Assembly (NCBI RefSeq): GCF_009914755.1
Contig: NC_060927.1
Source: the human T2T-CHM13v2.0 reference genome, Homo sapiens
DNA length: 64,000 bases
Reading direction: 5' to 3' (one strand)
The notes under the pieces were generated by a model. That model saw only the letters and a list, made by a program, of their open reading frames with translations. It was not told the origin of the DNA and did not search any database. The position numbers were made by a program, and so were the translations under genes. Shown one piece after another: positions 12,801 through 41,648 of the stretch (its first letter is position 1; every line of letters starts with the position of its first letter).

Positions 12801-15800
12801 AGACCAGCAGAGGCCATGCCCTGACCCTTGCCTGTCCATCCCTTCCCCCGCACTGACCAGTCTCACGCCGCCATTCCAACCGGTAGCCACGGGCCTCAGG
12901 CACCAAGTTCCAGGAAAGGAGGATGGATGTGGGGCCCAGGATGACCGGGCGCAGGGTCTGCTCAACAGAAGCGTCTGCCCAGGGCACATGGGATGTCAGT
13001 GGCCTCCGGGCCTTGCCCTGCCTGCCCGTCCCAGCCTGAAGAAAGTGCCCAGCCTTCTCACCAGTGCGAGCCATCAGGGAAGTGGCGGGCCCCACACTGC
13101 GGCCAAATAGGGTGCTCACGGTCACCTCATAGTCCGTGCCAGGCTCCAAGTCACGCAGCAACACTGAACCCTGCCCAGGGCCCAGCTCCTGCTGCTGTGT
13201 GGGCCCACCTGCATGGGGGACACCAAGGGGCCAGTGGGCCTTGCAGACTCAGGACTCTACAGCCTTGTCTGAGGCGCGGGGACTCCCCTCAGCCCACATC
13301 TCTCACTCACCACTGAGGACCCGCCATGTCACACGGTAGCCAGTGGCACCTGGCACACTCCGCCAGGCCACCAGGAGGCTGTGGGCTGTGGTATTCTGGA
13401 TGGTCAGTTCCGGCCCTTCTAGGGCAGCTGGGGGAGAGTCCCACCAGGGATTCATGGAGTCAGAAGTGGGAGGGGGTACTGGGGTCGGGGGTTAGGTGAA
13501 TGGGGTCAGAGGCTGGCAGAATTGCTCACTGGTCCGAGCTGTCCCGCTCACAGCCTCCCCGATGCTGTTGGCGTAGAGGGCAATCACAGTCACTTGGTAC
13601 TCGGTCAGTGGCCGGAGACCCCGCAGCCGCACACTGGTCTCACCAGCTGGGACGTTCACCTGCCCAGGGCAAGAGGTCACTTTATCTTGCCCAGCCAAGT
13701 CCCCAGCCACCACCTATCACTCCTGACATCCTACCTCCTGCCGCTCACTCGGCAGTGGCTGTCCCAGCCCCGTCAGAGGAGTGTACTGGACCTTGTAGCC
13801 AGTCACAGGGCCACTGGCCGCTGTCCACTGTACTCTCAAGGATTGGCTGCTTGGCTCAGACAGCACCAGGTCTCGTGGAGCAGAGGTCGAGTCATCCGCT
13901 GGGAATGCGGGATCAGGGGATCAGGCAGGAGGATTGGGGTGGGCATGTATGATGCAGAGTTGGGGTCGGGGTCAGGAGCACATAGGATGGAATCAGCACT
14001 GCCAAGTGGGGATTGGGGTCCGGGGTCTAGGTCAGGGTACACCGTGTGGGCAGGAACTCACGAGGTCGGGTCACAGGCACGCCACCAGCAGTCGTGCACA
14101 CTCTCCGGGAAACGAGGGGCAGTAGTGTCCTCAAGATGCTGAAGTCATTGACGAAGAAGAAGAAGTCACTGGTGGGCTGTGAGGCAACTCGCTTCAGCTC
14201 CTCAGGGTCAGCATTCTTGATCCCTGAAGTGACGACCCATCAGGACTCAGTCACCCACATGCTCTCTGACTGCCCCCACCCCCCAGCTGACCTGTCACTC
14301 CTGCTCGGTCCTTACCCACAGCAAATAGCTTGACCCCCTGCCCCTTCAGCCTTTGGGCAGCTGTGTCCACCAGGTCCTGGGACTTCCCGTCTGTGATCAG
14401 GATGCAGACCTGGGACAGGTGCAGGGGTCAAATCACGGTTCCCCTGGACACTTCATTTGGGGTCATCTTGGGAGGCATGGTAGGGGTAGGGATCACCTTG
14501 GGGACACCAGGTCGGGCCAGCTGGGGCAGGAAGACATGGTCAGCCACATGGAGAATTGCAGCCCCTGTGCGAGTGTTGCCCCCCTTGTAGCTAAGCTCAC
14601 GGATGGCGCGGATCACATCACCCCCAGAGCCAAGTGCATCCAGGCCGAACTCTGTCCTGTTGGAGGGTAGGGGTGGCAACAGGCTAGGACTCAGGATCTC
14701 TTCTGGCCCTGGCCTTGAGGAGGCCTCTAGGGTGAGGGTTACGGGTATCAGGCTCTCTTGAGGGGTCCCTTCGTTCTGTCATTCTCCACACCCACTTGCC
14801 TCTGGAACCCCCAGGTTAACAAACTCCCCAGGGGCTCCTTTGTGCACCATCTGCAGGTGGGCCTGGGCAGACCTGAAGGAGCCCTTAGGGGCTCACAGTC
14901 TGTGGGGAACAAGATGCTGCTTAATTAAATAATTGCAGGAGGAGGGGTCCAGATGTAGGAAAGTGGATGCTGGCCAGATGGAGCACCTCTGGTGAACGGC
15001 TGCAAGGGTTAGAGGGCTAGAACGTGGAGAATCCAACAGGCGTGGGGGCCCCCTCCTGGGCTCCCCATCTCCAGATCAGAAAACACAGCCTCACTGTCTT
15101 GCACCTTCCTGTCTTGCAGTAGCCTGGAGGTGCCTCAGGGCACGAAGGTTCTACCTAGGGAATCCTTACCTCTGTCTCCAAAGGAGGTCCTGGCTAGGGG
15201 GTCTCTAGGTTCCCCAAAACTTGTTTCTGCAAAGACCTGGCCTGGGGTTTCCAGGGTCTCCTCCCTCTCTGGGGAAGGAGTCTTGGTGGGGATCTCGTGG
15301 TCCCCAGCCCCCAGGGCCCCTACTCACCGTGGGTCATCGCTGTACTGCACTGTGGCAAAGCGCACACCCTGTGCACTGGCTGCTCCAGAGAAAGGCAGCA
15401 CCAGCCCTTCGAGAAAGCTGCGGACCTCGCGGAAATTGCTGCGGCCAATGGATGAGGAGCCATCCAGTAAGAACACAATGTCAGCGGCGTAAAGGCGCGT
15501 GCAGGTCACTGGGGCGGGCAGGAGAGATCAGGGCCTCTTCTGGGAGGCCAACCACCCGCCTACCCGCACGGTGGCCTCACTGGGACTTGGGATGGTGGGG
15601 AGAGTAGGCCTCATCTTATGCAAACCAGGGCCGAATCGGCCTGAGCCTGAGGGCCTTGGAGGGAGTTGAGCTCGGTGGGTCCCAGAGCAGACTCCCGCGG
15701 AGGGTTGGGGGTGTGCGGGGGAGGGAGAGTCGCCAGCACGGGTGTGGACTTGGGACTGAGGTCAGCCTCTAGGGGCCGGCGTGGATTGGCATAAGGCAGG

Positions 15801-16119
15801 GGACCCCGCACGCATCCAGGGAGCCAGAATTTGGGTAGGAACAGGATAGGAGGCGGTTTAGGGAACCCAGCACCGATCGCGGAGGGTTCGGGGAGTCCCA
15901 GAATTAGGAGGAATCCGCGGGGCGTCGTGGAGTTGGCTGGGTTGTGGGCGGGGGGTGTTGGGGATGAAGGCCGAGTGGAGCGGAGGGTGGCACGGTGCAG
16001 TGCCCCGGGCCGGGTCCTCCCTTGCGGTGCCCACCTCTCTCCCTGTGCTGGGCTCGCACTCGGGGCGCCTCTGCCAGGATCCCGGCGCAGAGCGCGGCCA
16101 CCAGAAGCCGCAGCGTCAT
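157..16119 (-). CDS. COL7A1: Collagen type VII alpha-1 chain, coding exons 1-61 (gene continues beyond window start)
   Basis: ATG 16119 (MTLRLLVAALCAGILAEAPRVRA signal peptide). Exons read from AG/GT signals: 16119-16035, 15508-15328, 14656-14497, 14409-14316, 14223-14062, 13898-13735, 13659-13530, 13427-13311, 13208-13062, 12974-12858, 12782-12633, 12552-12424, 11776-11633, 11544-11419, 11316-11173, 10678-10559, 10430-10287, 9955-9830, 9748-9602, 9364-9242, 8899-8753, 8514-8380, 8296-8150, 8068-7932, 7649-7523, 7438-7292, 7206-7034, 6935-6900, 6816-6790, 6694-6650, 6579-6517, 6076-5996, 5905-5870, 5729-5694, 5516-5445, 5335-5258, 5021-4995, 4913-4860, 4740-4678, 4575-4516, 4388-4353, 4131-4087, 4008-3973, 3613-3569, 3473-3438, 3318-3283, 2903-2871, 2719-2666, 2592-2533, 2443-2408, 2300-2220, 2117-2082, 1886-1842, 1612-1541, 1304-1260, 1017-991, 774-745, 628-548, 475-440, 364-329, 237-157. 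Total 5388 nt, in frame. Confidence 0.99.
7034..15508 (-). other. COL7A1: COL7A1 NC1 region exons: vWA domain, fibronectin type III repeats, second vWA domain
   Basis: ORF fragments ADIVFLLDGSSSIG (MIDAS DxSxS), repeated L.PGTEY.V.V FN3 signatures, ADVVFLPHATQ second vWA, LRGD in exon 26. Confidence 0.95.
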
Positions 16120-16460
16120 CCTAGGCAGTAAAAGCCGTCAGCTAGGACCCCCGCCTCTGTCCCTTGCTCCCCCGTGGCCTTGGCAGGTCCGAGCCCAGCG
16201 CCCCTCCAGCCCGAGTCCTGGTCTTGCCTGCGCGTCCGCCCGCTCCCGCCGCCGCCGCTGCAGTCTCTCGGGCAGAGCAGAGAAAAGTCCCTGATCTCGG
16301 GGGGCGGAGCGGCAGGCGGGAACCCAGGCACCCGCCCTCACCCATATCCCTGAGAGGTCGCCGCCCCCCCCACCCCTCCCCCAGACAAACGATATGACGC
16401 ACTTAACTATAAACCCCCCGACCCCCCGTGGCTTCTGGGAATTTCCCAGAAGGTTCTGCA
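15650..16460 (-). promoter_or_regulatory. COL7A1: COL7A1 CpG-rich promoter / non-coding first exon (~16289-16228) with GC boxes and kappaB site
   Basis: High CpG density, GGGGCGG at ~16301, GGGAATTTCC at 16437-16446, probable GC-AG 5'UTR intron 16227-16121. Confidence 0.75.
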
Positions 16461-19400
16461 TGGGCAGATGCTGAGGGAGTACCCCTAACTCCATCTAAGG
16501 TCACAGGTCTTGGCTGCTTTAGGTCAATCACAGTGACCAGGCTGAGGAGTGGACAGGTTCCTGCAGAGCCACAAGGCAGCAGCGCCGTGGGGGGTGGGGC
16601 TGCAGTTGGGGATGACTCACCCCCAATCCAGTGGGGGTGCCCAGACAAGCCCTCAGGCCATGGGTCCCGCCGGCCACTCCTGTGATTCAGCCATCTGTCT
16701 GGTGGGCCTCCTGGGCCCCACCCGGATCTCCTTGACAGGCAAGAAGCCCTGGCAAATGAGTGACTCTGGGCCGGTCTTAGGGAAACCAAGGTCCCCTTGG
16801 CCTGGATCCAAGTAACTCACCCCCTCTTTGTAGGGGATAAGCCGGAAGGAGGAGAGAACCTGTGTCATGCTTATGCATACATCCCAGTGTCCCACATCCC
16901 CTACCATGTCACAGGCAGATGCAATCCAGCTGTGCCTGCAGGGAGGGGGCCGCCCATCTGTGGAGGGCGGGACCACCCACAGTGACAGCTCATCTCTCAG
17001 GAATCGAGCCCTCCATGCCCCAGGCCAGGTCCCCCTACCTACATGTCCTCACCCACAGGCATCCTCTCCTTCCATCTACTTTTCTTGTAGGTCCCTGCCA
17101 CCCATCTCCCCTACCAGGCCGAGGTCCCCTTGGGCCCCTTCCTCCTTTCCTCACTGCCCTCATGGTACCTGTAGCTTCCAGCTTCATAACTGCCCCCTAC
17201 CTTACTCCTGTCCCCTTACCCAGGCTGACTTCACACCCTCCCCCAGCTTCGCTTCTGAGGCTGTGGACAGTCCTCCAACACACACCACGCCAGGGCCACT
17301 GTCCGAAGGAGGTGGGGCTCTGTATATGCATATCTCTCCATTAGATGGGTGACACTAAGGCAGAGAGGCACTGCTAAGAAGGGCAGGCCCCCATCTGGGT
17401 CCTGCTCCCCCTTTTTTTCCTGCTAATCCTGAATAACTCTGGGCAGCCCAGAAAGCACATCTATACTCACCAAGGCTGCTGGGCCCCTTCTAATATGCCC
17501 GGCCCCACAGCCTCCCCTGGGATCCACAGGGAGATATGGGGACAGCACTGGCTGGACTCCTCCACAGCCCGAGGACTCTGGTGTGGCCAGAGCTGGAGGC
17601 AGTGAAGACCATCCATGCTGCCTGCTTTCCTATTGCCCAAGGAAGGCTGGGGCTCTATCCCTTATTACTGACCCCCCAAACTATCCTGGGGCATAGTGCT
17701 ATGACCTTATTCCAAGGTCAGGGTCTCCTCAGCCATGTCCCAGGACCCCCCATCCCTGCAAGGTGTGCTCCAGGTGGGGGGCTGCAGAGAACCAGGTATG
17801 TTATCACACAGGCAGCCCCTTCCCCCTAAGACTGTCACCTCCTCCCGTGCAGCCAGGGCGGGCAAGAGCAGGCCAGTGGCATGGACAGTACGGTACAGAC
17901 ATATGTGCACACGTGGGCCAGTCTTAGGGGAGACAGGAGGCCCAGCTGGGAGGGTGGGTGCTCAGGCAAACCTCATCAGAATTGAGGTGCCTCCAAAAGA
18001 AAGGACAGGCTGCTGTGAGAGGGTCTCTCAAAGGGTGCTGGGAGAGGCTGTTGAGAAGGTAGGAGTAAGGTTGGAATGACTCCACGTCTGGAGCTTCTAT
18101 GAGACTCACGAGCAGGAGTGTGGCCCTCTGAAGCCCCAGCTCTGGCCTCCTGGGAGGAACACAGCCTAGGGCACAGCCCGAGGCCAGTGCCTACCTGCAA
18201 CCCCATCAGGGCGGTGGAGCCCCCAGAGCACATCCTTCTCCCTCCCAAGCTTTCCCTGAACATTTCCTTCCCTGGCCTCAGTCACTACCTCACCCCATCT
18301 GTTTCCAACCAGGGCCTCTTTATCAGGTCCCAGCCCCACACATCCCACTGTACCCTGGACACCACCAAACTCCTCACTGGACTATGGAAGATTACCCTCC
18401 TCCAACCCACTCGTGCCTCCGCGTCTCCCAGCCCTGCTGGGAATGTAGTCCTCTTTGTGTCCCCTACAGCTGGCTCCAGTTCGTGTGGCCATGACCTCTG
18501 TTCTGCCACAGCACAGCTCACCAAGACTGATACAGAAATATGGCCTGAGAGTCCCCATGCTGAATCTCAACTCTGACCAAGTCACTTCTCTTCACAGTAA
18601 CCTCCAACACACCTCCCCAGCATGGCTCCAGGGTAAAGACCAGAGTCCCTGGCTTGGTACGCAAGGTCCCTTAGAACCAGACCACTCCCAGCAACTCAAG
18701 CTCTCGTGTCCAGCACACCTGTAGCCTCTAAGGGCCAGGCTGGGCTTAGAAATGAAGCCCCATCCTCCAGGAGCTCAAACTTGACAACAGACTTGGCACT
18801 TGTTCCCCTGCCTGGGTGTTGCACCTCCATGAGCACCCAGGGTTGGGCCTGTCAGGGTTCTGCGCTGCCCAGCATCTTCTCTCCAGCCGTTCACAAAGTA
18901 GAATGATCTGCGCAATGCCCCAGTCCCGGGCCGTAGAAGGTGCTTAACAAATGTCTCCGAATTGGCAACGTATGGCAACCAATGGTGAGGGAAAGGCAGT
19001 GGGGCAGGGTGATAGTGATACAAGGGTTCCTTGGGCTACTTCCAAGCTACGATGCTGGGGGGACTTCTGAACAGCCATCTTCTAAAAGACCTTGTCCCAG
19101 CACCCTGCTTGTGACTGCCAGGCAGCGACTTCCTCAAAGGAAAATTGGGCCCCTCGCTTTCAACTTCCCCCTGGGATCCCAGAGAACCTGACTGTGGAAG
19201 CACTGGGGGGTGCAGGAGGAGCAGCCTACCTGCGCACCCACCATGGGGACCAGAGCCAAAAGAGATAACAGAGGGACTAGGTAGCTAAGAGCTGTACCAG
19301 GTCCTGGCTGCCTCAGGAAAATGGGGAGGGGATTGTCAGGCCAGCAGCTCTGGACTTGCCTGGGACAAATGTAGTAGAGGGAGGGGGCTCGGGCCCCACT

Positions 19401-19976
19401 GAGCTCAGGGCTATTCTTGGAGCCTGAGTCAGCGGAGGCAAAGGATTCCTGCCCTGCTTGTCCAGGCAGCAGTTAGAAACCAAATGAGAACACTATGCCC
19501 CAGGCTATCCTCCTCCCAGAATGCAGAGTAAACACACACAAGAGGCATCCTTGGAGACACCCCTTGGCCCCTTCTGGTCCACCAGGGACCACCAGGGGGT
19601 GACTTGGCACAAGGTCCACAGTGAGGGGTTTCCCACCTGAGCCTGCAGGGATTCCAGGCTGGGACTCCTACAGGGGCAAAGGCTGGGTTTACACTTCCTA
19701 TGGACTCCCACAGCCCAATCTTGGGACCAGCTGGCTGAGGAACTCCCCTAAGTGGCTGAGTGGAAACATCTGGGCTCAGCTCCCTGTAGGCATCAAAGAC
19801 TTCCGGCCTCAGCTGCAACCCCCACGCTTGCCCCTGGCTGAGGACACATCAGCCTGTGGGAAGGCAGGAGGATCCAGGAGCCACAGAACTAGAGGGAAGT
19901 CCTTGCTCCCCATCTACTGCCCCATGGACTCCATGCCAATGCCAAAAGAGGGATGACACACTTCTCAGCAGAGGAT

Positions 19977-19982
19977 TTTATT
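19977..19982 (-). terminator. UQCRC1: UQCRC1 poly(A) signal AATAAA
   Basis: TTTATT on + strand ~105 nt past the stop codon. Confidence 0.85.
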
Positions 19983-20087
19983 GGTGGTCACCTGTGGCAC
20001 AGGTTAGAGGAGCCGAAGTGCTGTGTTTGTGGTGGGGGGGGGACCACAAACCCCGGCCCTGCCCTCTTGCTTACATAGGCTTCCCGC

Positions 20088-31551
<11,464 letters not shown>

Positions 31552-31709
31552 CTAGCTACTCCAGAGGCTGAGGCAGGAGAATCACTTGAACCCGGGAGGC
31601 GGAGGTTGCGGTGAGCCGAGATCGCGCCATTTCCAGCCTGGGCAACAAGAGCGAAACTCCGTCTCAAAAAAAAAAAAAAAAAAAAAAAAAGACTTCTAAG
31701 GTATGCTTT

Positions 31710-33985
<2,276 letters not shown>

Positions 33986-34096
33986 TAGCTGGGAACACAG
34001 GTGCACACCATCATACCCAGCTAACTTTTATATTTTTTGTAGAGACAGGATTTCACTATGTGGCCCAGGCTGGTCTCAAACTCCAGGCTCAAGTGA

Positions 34097-34324
<228 letters not shown>

Positions 34325-34734
34325 TAATTTTTGTAGTTTTAGTAGAGATGGGATTTCACCATGTTGGCCAGGATGGTCTCGATCTCTTGACCTCGTGATC
34401 TGCCAAAGTGCTGGGATTACAGGCATGAGCTACCACGCCCGACCTTTTTTATTTTTGAGACCGAGTTTCGCTCTTGTTGCCCAGGTTGGAGTGCAATGGC
34501 GCAATCTTATCAGCAACCTCTGCCTCCCGGGTTCAAGCGATGCTCATGCCTCAGTCTCCCGAGTAGCTGGGACTACAGGCATGTGCCATCACGCCTAGCT
34601 AATTTTGTATTTTTAGTAGAGATGGGGTTTCTCCATGTTAGTCAGGCTGGTCTCAAACTCCCAACCTCAGGTGATCCACCCACCTTGGCCTCCCAAAGTG
34701 CTGGGATTACAGGTGTGAGCCACCGCACCCGGCC

Positions 34735-34815
34735 TGCCTGCTTCCTTTCCTTCCTTCCTTCCTTCCCTCCCTCCTTCCTTTCCTTCCTTCCTTCCTCCCT
34801 TCCTTTCTCTCTCTT
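34735..34815. repeat. (CCTT)n pyrimidine microsatellite at an Alu tail
   Basis: cttcctttccttccttccttcc... visible. Confidence 0.9.
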
Positions 34816-36024
34816 TCTTTTTTTTTTTTGAGAGGGTCTGGCTTTCTGTCACTCAGGCTGGAATGCAGTGGTGTGATCATGGCTCACTGCAGCCTCAACC
34901 TTCCAGCTCAAGCCATCTTCCCACTCCAGCCTCCTGAGTAGCTGGAACTATATAGGCATGCACCATCACACCCAGCTAATTTTTAAAAACATTTTTCTAG
35001 AGATGGGGTCTCACTATATTCCCCAGTCTGGTCTTGAACTCCTAGGCTCAAGTGATCCTCCCACCTCAGCCTCCCAAATGAAATATTCCTAAACCCAGTC
35101 ACCTAGCCTCCCTACCTATACCCACTGCTACCCTGGGCTAAGAAGGGAAGGCCATTGAAGTAGGAGACAACTAGGAAGTCTGATGCTGGTTGGGAACGAT
35201 GCGTTTCAAGGGGTTGGTCAAAACAGGAAATATTACTAAAAGGTTAAGTGCAAGCAGTGATCATTGCAATAATTTTGCAACAGTGTTTGGTGACTCATTG
35301 ATTCTCTGGAATTTACTTGGTATATAGAGTGAGGTAAGGTCAAAATATCCTCTCTCCCCCTAAAAGGCAAACTAAATTTTGTAACACCGTTTCTTGATGA
35401 GGCCCTGTTTCCCTACCCATCTCTGTTGTTCCCTCTATCATCCCATAGATTCTCAAACTTGTACCAGGTCCATGCAGGCTGTGTTCTGTAGGGAGGGCTC
35501 TGGCACTCAACTTACCCTTCTTACTCTGTTTGATACATTCACCTATTTATTCTTCTAGATGTTTCTTTTTATTTTTTAAATTTACTTTTAATTTTTTTAA
35601 ATAGAGATGGGATTTTGCCACATTACCCAGCTTGGTCTCGAACTCCTGGGCTCAAGTGATTCTCCTGCCTTGGTCTCACAAAGTGCTGGGATTACAGGCA
35701 TGAGCCACTGCACGCAGCTTTTTTTTTTTTTTTTTTTTGAGACGGAGTTTGCTCTTGTTGCTCAGGTTGGATGGAGTGCAGTGGTGTGATCTAGGCTCAC
35801 TGCAACCTCCACCTCCTGGTTCAAGCAAGTCTCATGCCTCAGCCTCCCAAGTAGCTGGGATTACAGGGGCCTGTCTCCATGCACAGATAGTTTTTGTATT
35901 TTTAGTAGAGACAAGGTTTCACCATCTTGACCAGGCTGGTCTCGAACTCCTGACCTCAGGTGATCCGCCCACCTCAGCCTCCCAAAGTCCTGGGATTACA
36001 GGCGTGAGCCACCACGCCTGCCTG

Positions 36025-37640
<1,616 letters not shown>

Positions 37641-38629
37641 GACAAATGATTTGCTTTCAGGTTCAGAATTTGTTTGGTCCCTTTAAAATTTTTCTCTGTA
37701 TTAATTTTTTTTTTTTTTTTTTTTTTGAGACAGAGTCTTGCTCTTTCACCCAGGCCACAGTGCAGTGGCACTCTTGGCTCGCTGCAAGCTCTGCCTCCCC
37801 AGTTCATGCCATTCTCCTGCCTCAGCCTCCCGAGTAGCTGGGACTACAGGTGCCCACCACTGTGCCCGGCTAATTTTTTGTATTTTTAGTAGAGATGGGG
37901 TTTCACTGTGTTAGCCAGGATGGTCTTGATCTCCTGACCTCGTGATCCACCCACCTAGGCCTCCCAAAGTGCTGGGATTACAGGCATGAGCCACCGCGCC
38001 CGGCCCTCTTTATTAGTATTCTTTATGTTCAGACATAATTTTCCTAATTTCCTTTAGTTCTTTGTCCATGGCTTCCCTTAGTTCATTGAACATACTAAGA
38101 CAGTTGATTTATTGTTTTTGATTAATAATTCCAATGCCTGGGCTTCCTGAGGGATACTTCCCATCACAATCTCTTTTTCAGCCAGGTGCAGTGGCTCATG
38201 CCTATGATCTCAGAACTTTGGGAGGCTGAGGTGGGAGAGTCATTTGAGTTCAGGAGTTTGAGACCAGGGCAACATAGTGAGACCCTGTCTCTCTTTTGAC
38301 TCCAGCCCACTTCCCCTCACTTGGAGGACATCAGAGAGGCTGTGGCATTTTCGGGGTCCAGCCAAAGGGAAGGTGGGTTGAAGATGGTCCCAGGTTGGGT
38401 TCTCTAGGAATCCAACTCCAAGAGGAAGATCAGAGCACAAGATATTTACAAGAGTCCCTTGAGATGAGCACCTCAGGGAAGGAGGGAAAGGGTTGGGCAA
38501 GGAAGAAGTCTGGCTATAGGGGCTCTGCCACAGCCAGAGTGGACCTGTCTGCTGGCCGTCCCCTGAGTGGCTGGCAGCAGCTGGCCTTTGTGTGGCATAT
38601 CTCTGAGTCTACCACAGGGACACACTGGG

Positions 38630-39597
38630 TGTTATAAGTAAAATGTTTATTCAGAAACAGAATGCTGTTCTTCAGTACCGCAAGGAAAAATTAGCATTGA
38701 GACAAAAAGTTTTCTCAGCAAGGCAAATTTACTTTCTGCAGAAAGGGTGCTCCTTGCAGATGAAACAATGGTGAGAGCACACTTGAACAAAGGAGGGAAG
38801 CAATTTTTATTCTTTATGCAGCTTGTCCTTGCTACTGTGTCCTGCCTCCATTGGCTGGAGACGGACTGCACAATCTAAGCTAAACTTGACCGGCTAATAA
38901 CTTAAAATTTTCTTAAATAGGTAAAGGCAAGGGAGAACAAAGGAAAAGAGGAAATTGCTTACGAAAGGACTTAGAAGGACTTAGAAAAGTAATAACATTT
39001 CTTTTTTTCTTTTTTTTCTTTTTTGAGATGGAGTCTTGCTCTGTCGCCCAGGCTGGAGTGCAATGGCATGATCTCGGCTCACTGCAAGCTCTGCCATGGG
39101 TTCACGCCATTCTTCTGCCTCAGCTTCCGGAGTAGCTGGGACTACAGGCACCCACCACCATGCCTGGCTAATCTTTTTTGCATTTTTGGTAGAGGCGGGG
39201 TTTCACTGTGTTAACCAGGATGGTCTTGATCTCCTGACCTCATGATCTGCCCGCCTCAGCCTCCCAAAGTGCTGGGATAACAGGCGTGAGTCACTGCACC
39301 CAGCCAAAAGTAATAACATTTCGAAATAAGGAAGGCACATAGGCTGCAAGCTGGAATGTGCCTGTGAGCATGTCCAGCACAAATATTTTGGTTAAAGTAC
39401 AAGGACACAGAATGTACTTATTTCTTTATATCTAACAGCTACATAAGATAGGGCTTAACAAAGAGTTATTAGCACAAAGTGAGGAGGCTTAAAGGAAGTT
39501 AGTCTTTAAAAGAAACTATTATTTGTAACACTTATAATTTATTCTTTAACAAGAAGGGAAACTTTGAAGAGGAACTTTTTTTTTTTTACTTTCTACA
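38630..39597 (-). mobile_element. Solo ERV1 LTR (LTR10-like) interrupted by an AluY (~39001-39305)
   Basis: TG...CA termini (TGTTATAAG...TTCTACA); minus-strand AATAAA near the LTR end; the Alu is flanked by the TSD AAAAGTAATAACATTT. Confidence 0.65.
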
Positions 39598-39769
39598 CCA
39601 GGTTAAGAGGGACATATTTATGTGGTTTGCTCCACCCTTGTGTAAAGTTAGTTTATTGGTCTTGTTCTAGAATAAACTAGGAATGTGGCTCGTAGGAAAA
39701 TCCTGCTGGGTAAGGACAGAAGTGCAAAGTCCTATTGCCTTAAGGACATGCCCCACGGCACCCAGTGCT

Positions 39770-40280
39770 GGGAAAACTGTGAGCCATGGAAGGAAAACAA
39801 GGTTTGAAATGCGTGGAGCCAGAACCTCGTCTGTGGAAAATTCTTCCAAATTTCATAGTTCCTATATGAAAGAAGGCTGATGACAGTTTCTCAAATTTTA
39901 CAACAATCCAGAACATTTGTATGGCACCGTCAACAACAGATTAGGAAGTTTAACTTTCCTAAACTACCAATAATTAAAACACAAATTTCAACCATGTTAG
40001 GAGGAAGACTGAAGTATCTTTTCTCTGTATGGAAAATATCTCCCCCAAAAATCACAAAATCCTTGTCCTCTGTAGAGGCCTTCAGAGTAAGAAGCCAGAC
40101 CATGTAGGGGACCAAGGTATTAGAAATATGTCAGGAAGTTGCCACAAGTTATGTTATTTTTCTGGATTTAGTATTGTAGTATTTGTCAATTTAAAAAAAA
40201 AGTTTTCAAAAAAAAGTATCATCATTTCTTTTCTCATTATTTTAATTCACTTCCATTTTTGAATTCATAACGTTGTTGCC
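39770..40280 (+). mobile_element. hAT-family (Arthur1/Tip100-like) DNA transposon fossil
   Basis: ORF 39880-40107 contains NFPKLPIIKTQISTMLGGRLKYL, similar to the hAT C-terminal dimerisation motif FSKL..IK...RSTM..ERL..L. Confidence 0.55.
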
Positions 40281-40299
40281 TTTTTCTAAAGCAGGAACC

Positions 40300-40520
40300 T
40301 GGGACAGGCACTGTGGCTCATACCTGTCATCCCAGCACTTTGAGAGGCAGAGGCAAGAGGATCAGTTGAAGCCAGCCTGGGCAAGATAGACTCCATCTCT
40401 ACAAATATATATATATTTTTTAATTAGCTGGGTATGGTGATGTATGCCTATAGTCTCAGCTACTTGGGAGGCCAAGGCAGGAGGATTGCTTGAGTTCGTC
40501 AAAAAAACAAAAAGAAACAA
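40300..40520 (+). mobile_element. Degraded AluJ-type element
   Basis: Diverged Alu arms with A-rich tail. Confidence 0.75.
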
Positions 40521-40866
40521 TTTTTAAAAAGGGGAAAAAGAAAGAGAAAGGGATTAAAGTGAGGGTCCCTTCTTTTCCAGGGTCCTTAGAGCAAGGGCGG
40601 CTGAGGCACTAGAGCATGTTTGAGACTGCCATAGAAACAAAGGCAGCTAGGGCGGCCTGCCTGACCCCAGGTTGGGGCTGCTGGAGCCAAGAATCTGGGG
40701 AGGGGCTGTTATTGGAGACAGAGCAGTGGCCTCTCAAGGGAGGGCCTTGCAGGGCCTGGGAAGAAGGAAGCCAGAGCCAGCTGCTGTTTGATGGCAGGAC
40801 TAAAGTCACCTCCCTGAGGTGGTGACAAGGATGGGTGAAGCCAAAGGGTGTGCGACTCCACAGTGA

Positions 40867-41648
<782 letters not shown>

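Noticed and set aside
13522-14142. 206-aa plus-strand ORF (also 52297-52905 and 46332-46940)
   Set aside because: Antisense to known exons or UTR in stop-poor GC-rich DNA; no recognisable domains
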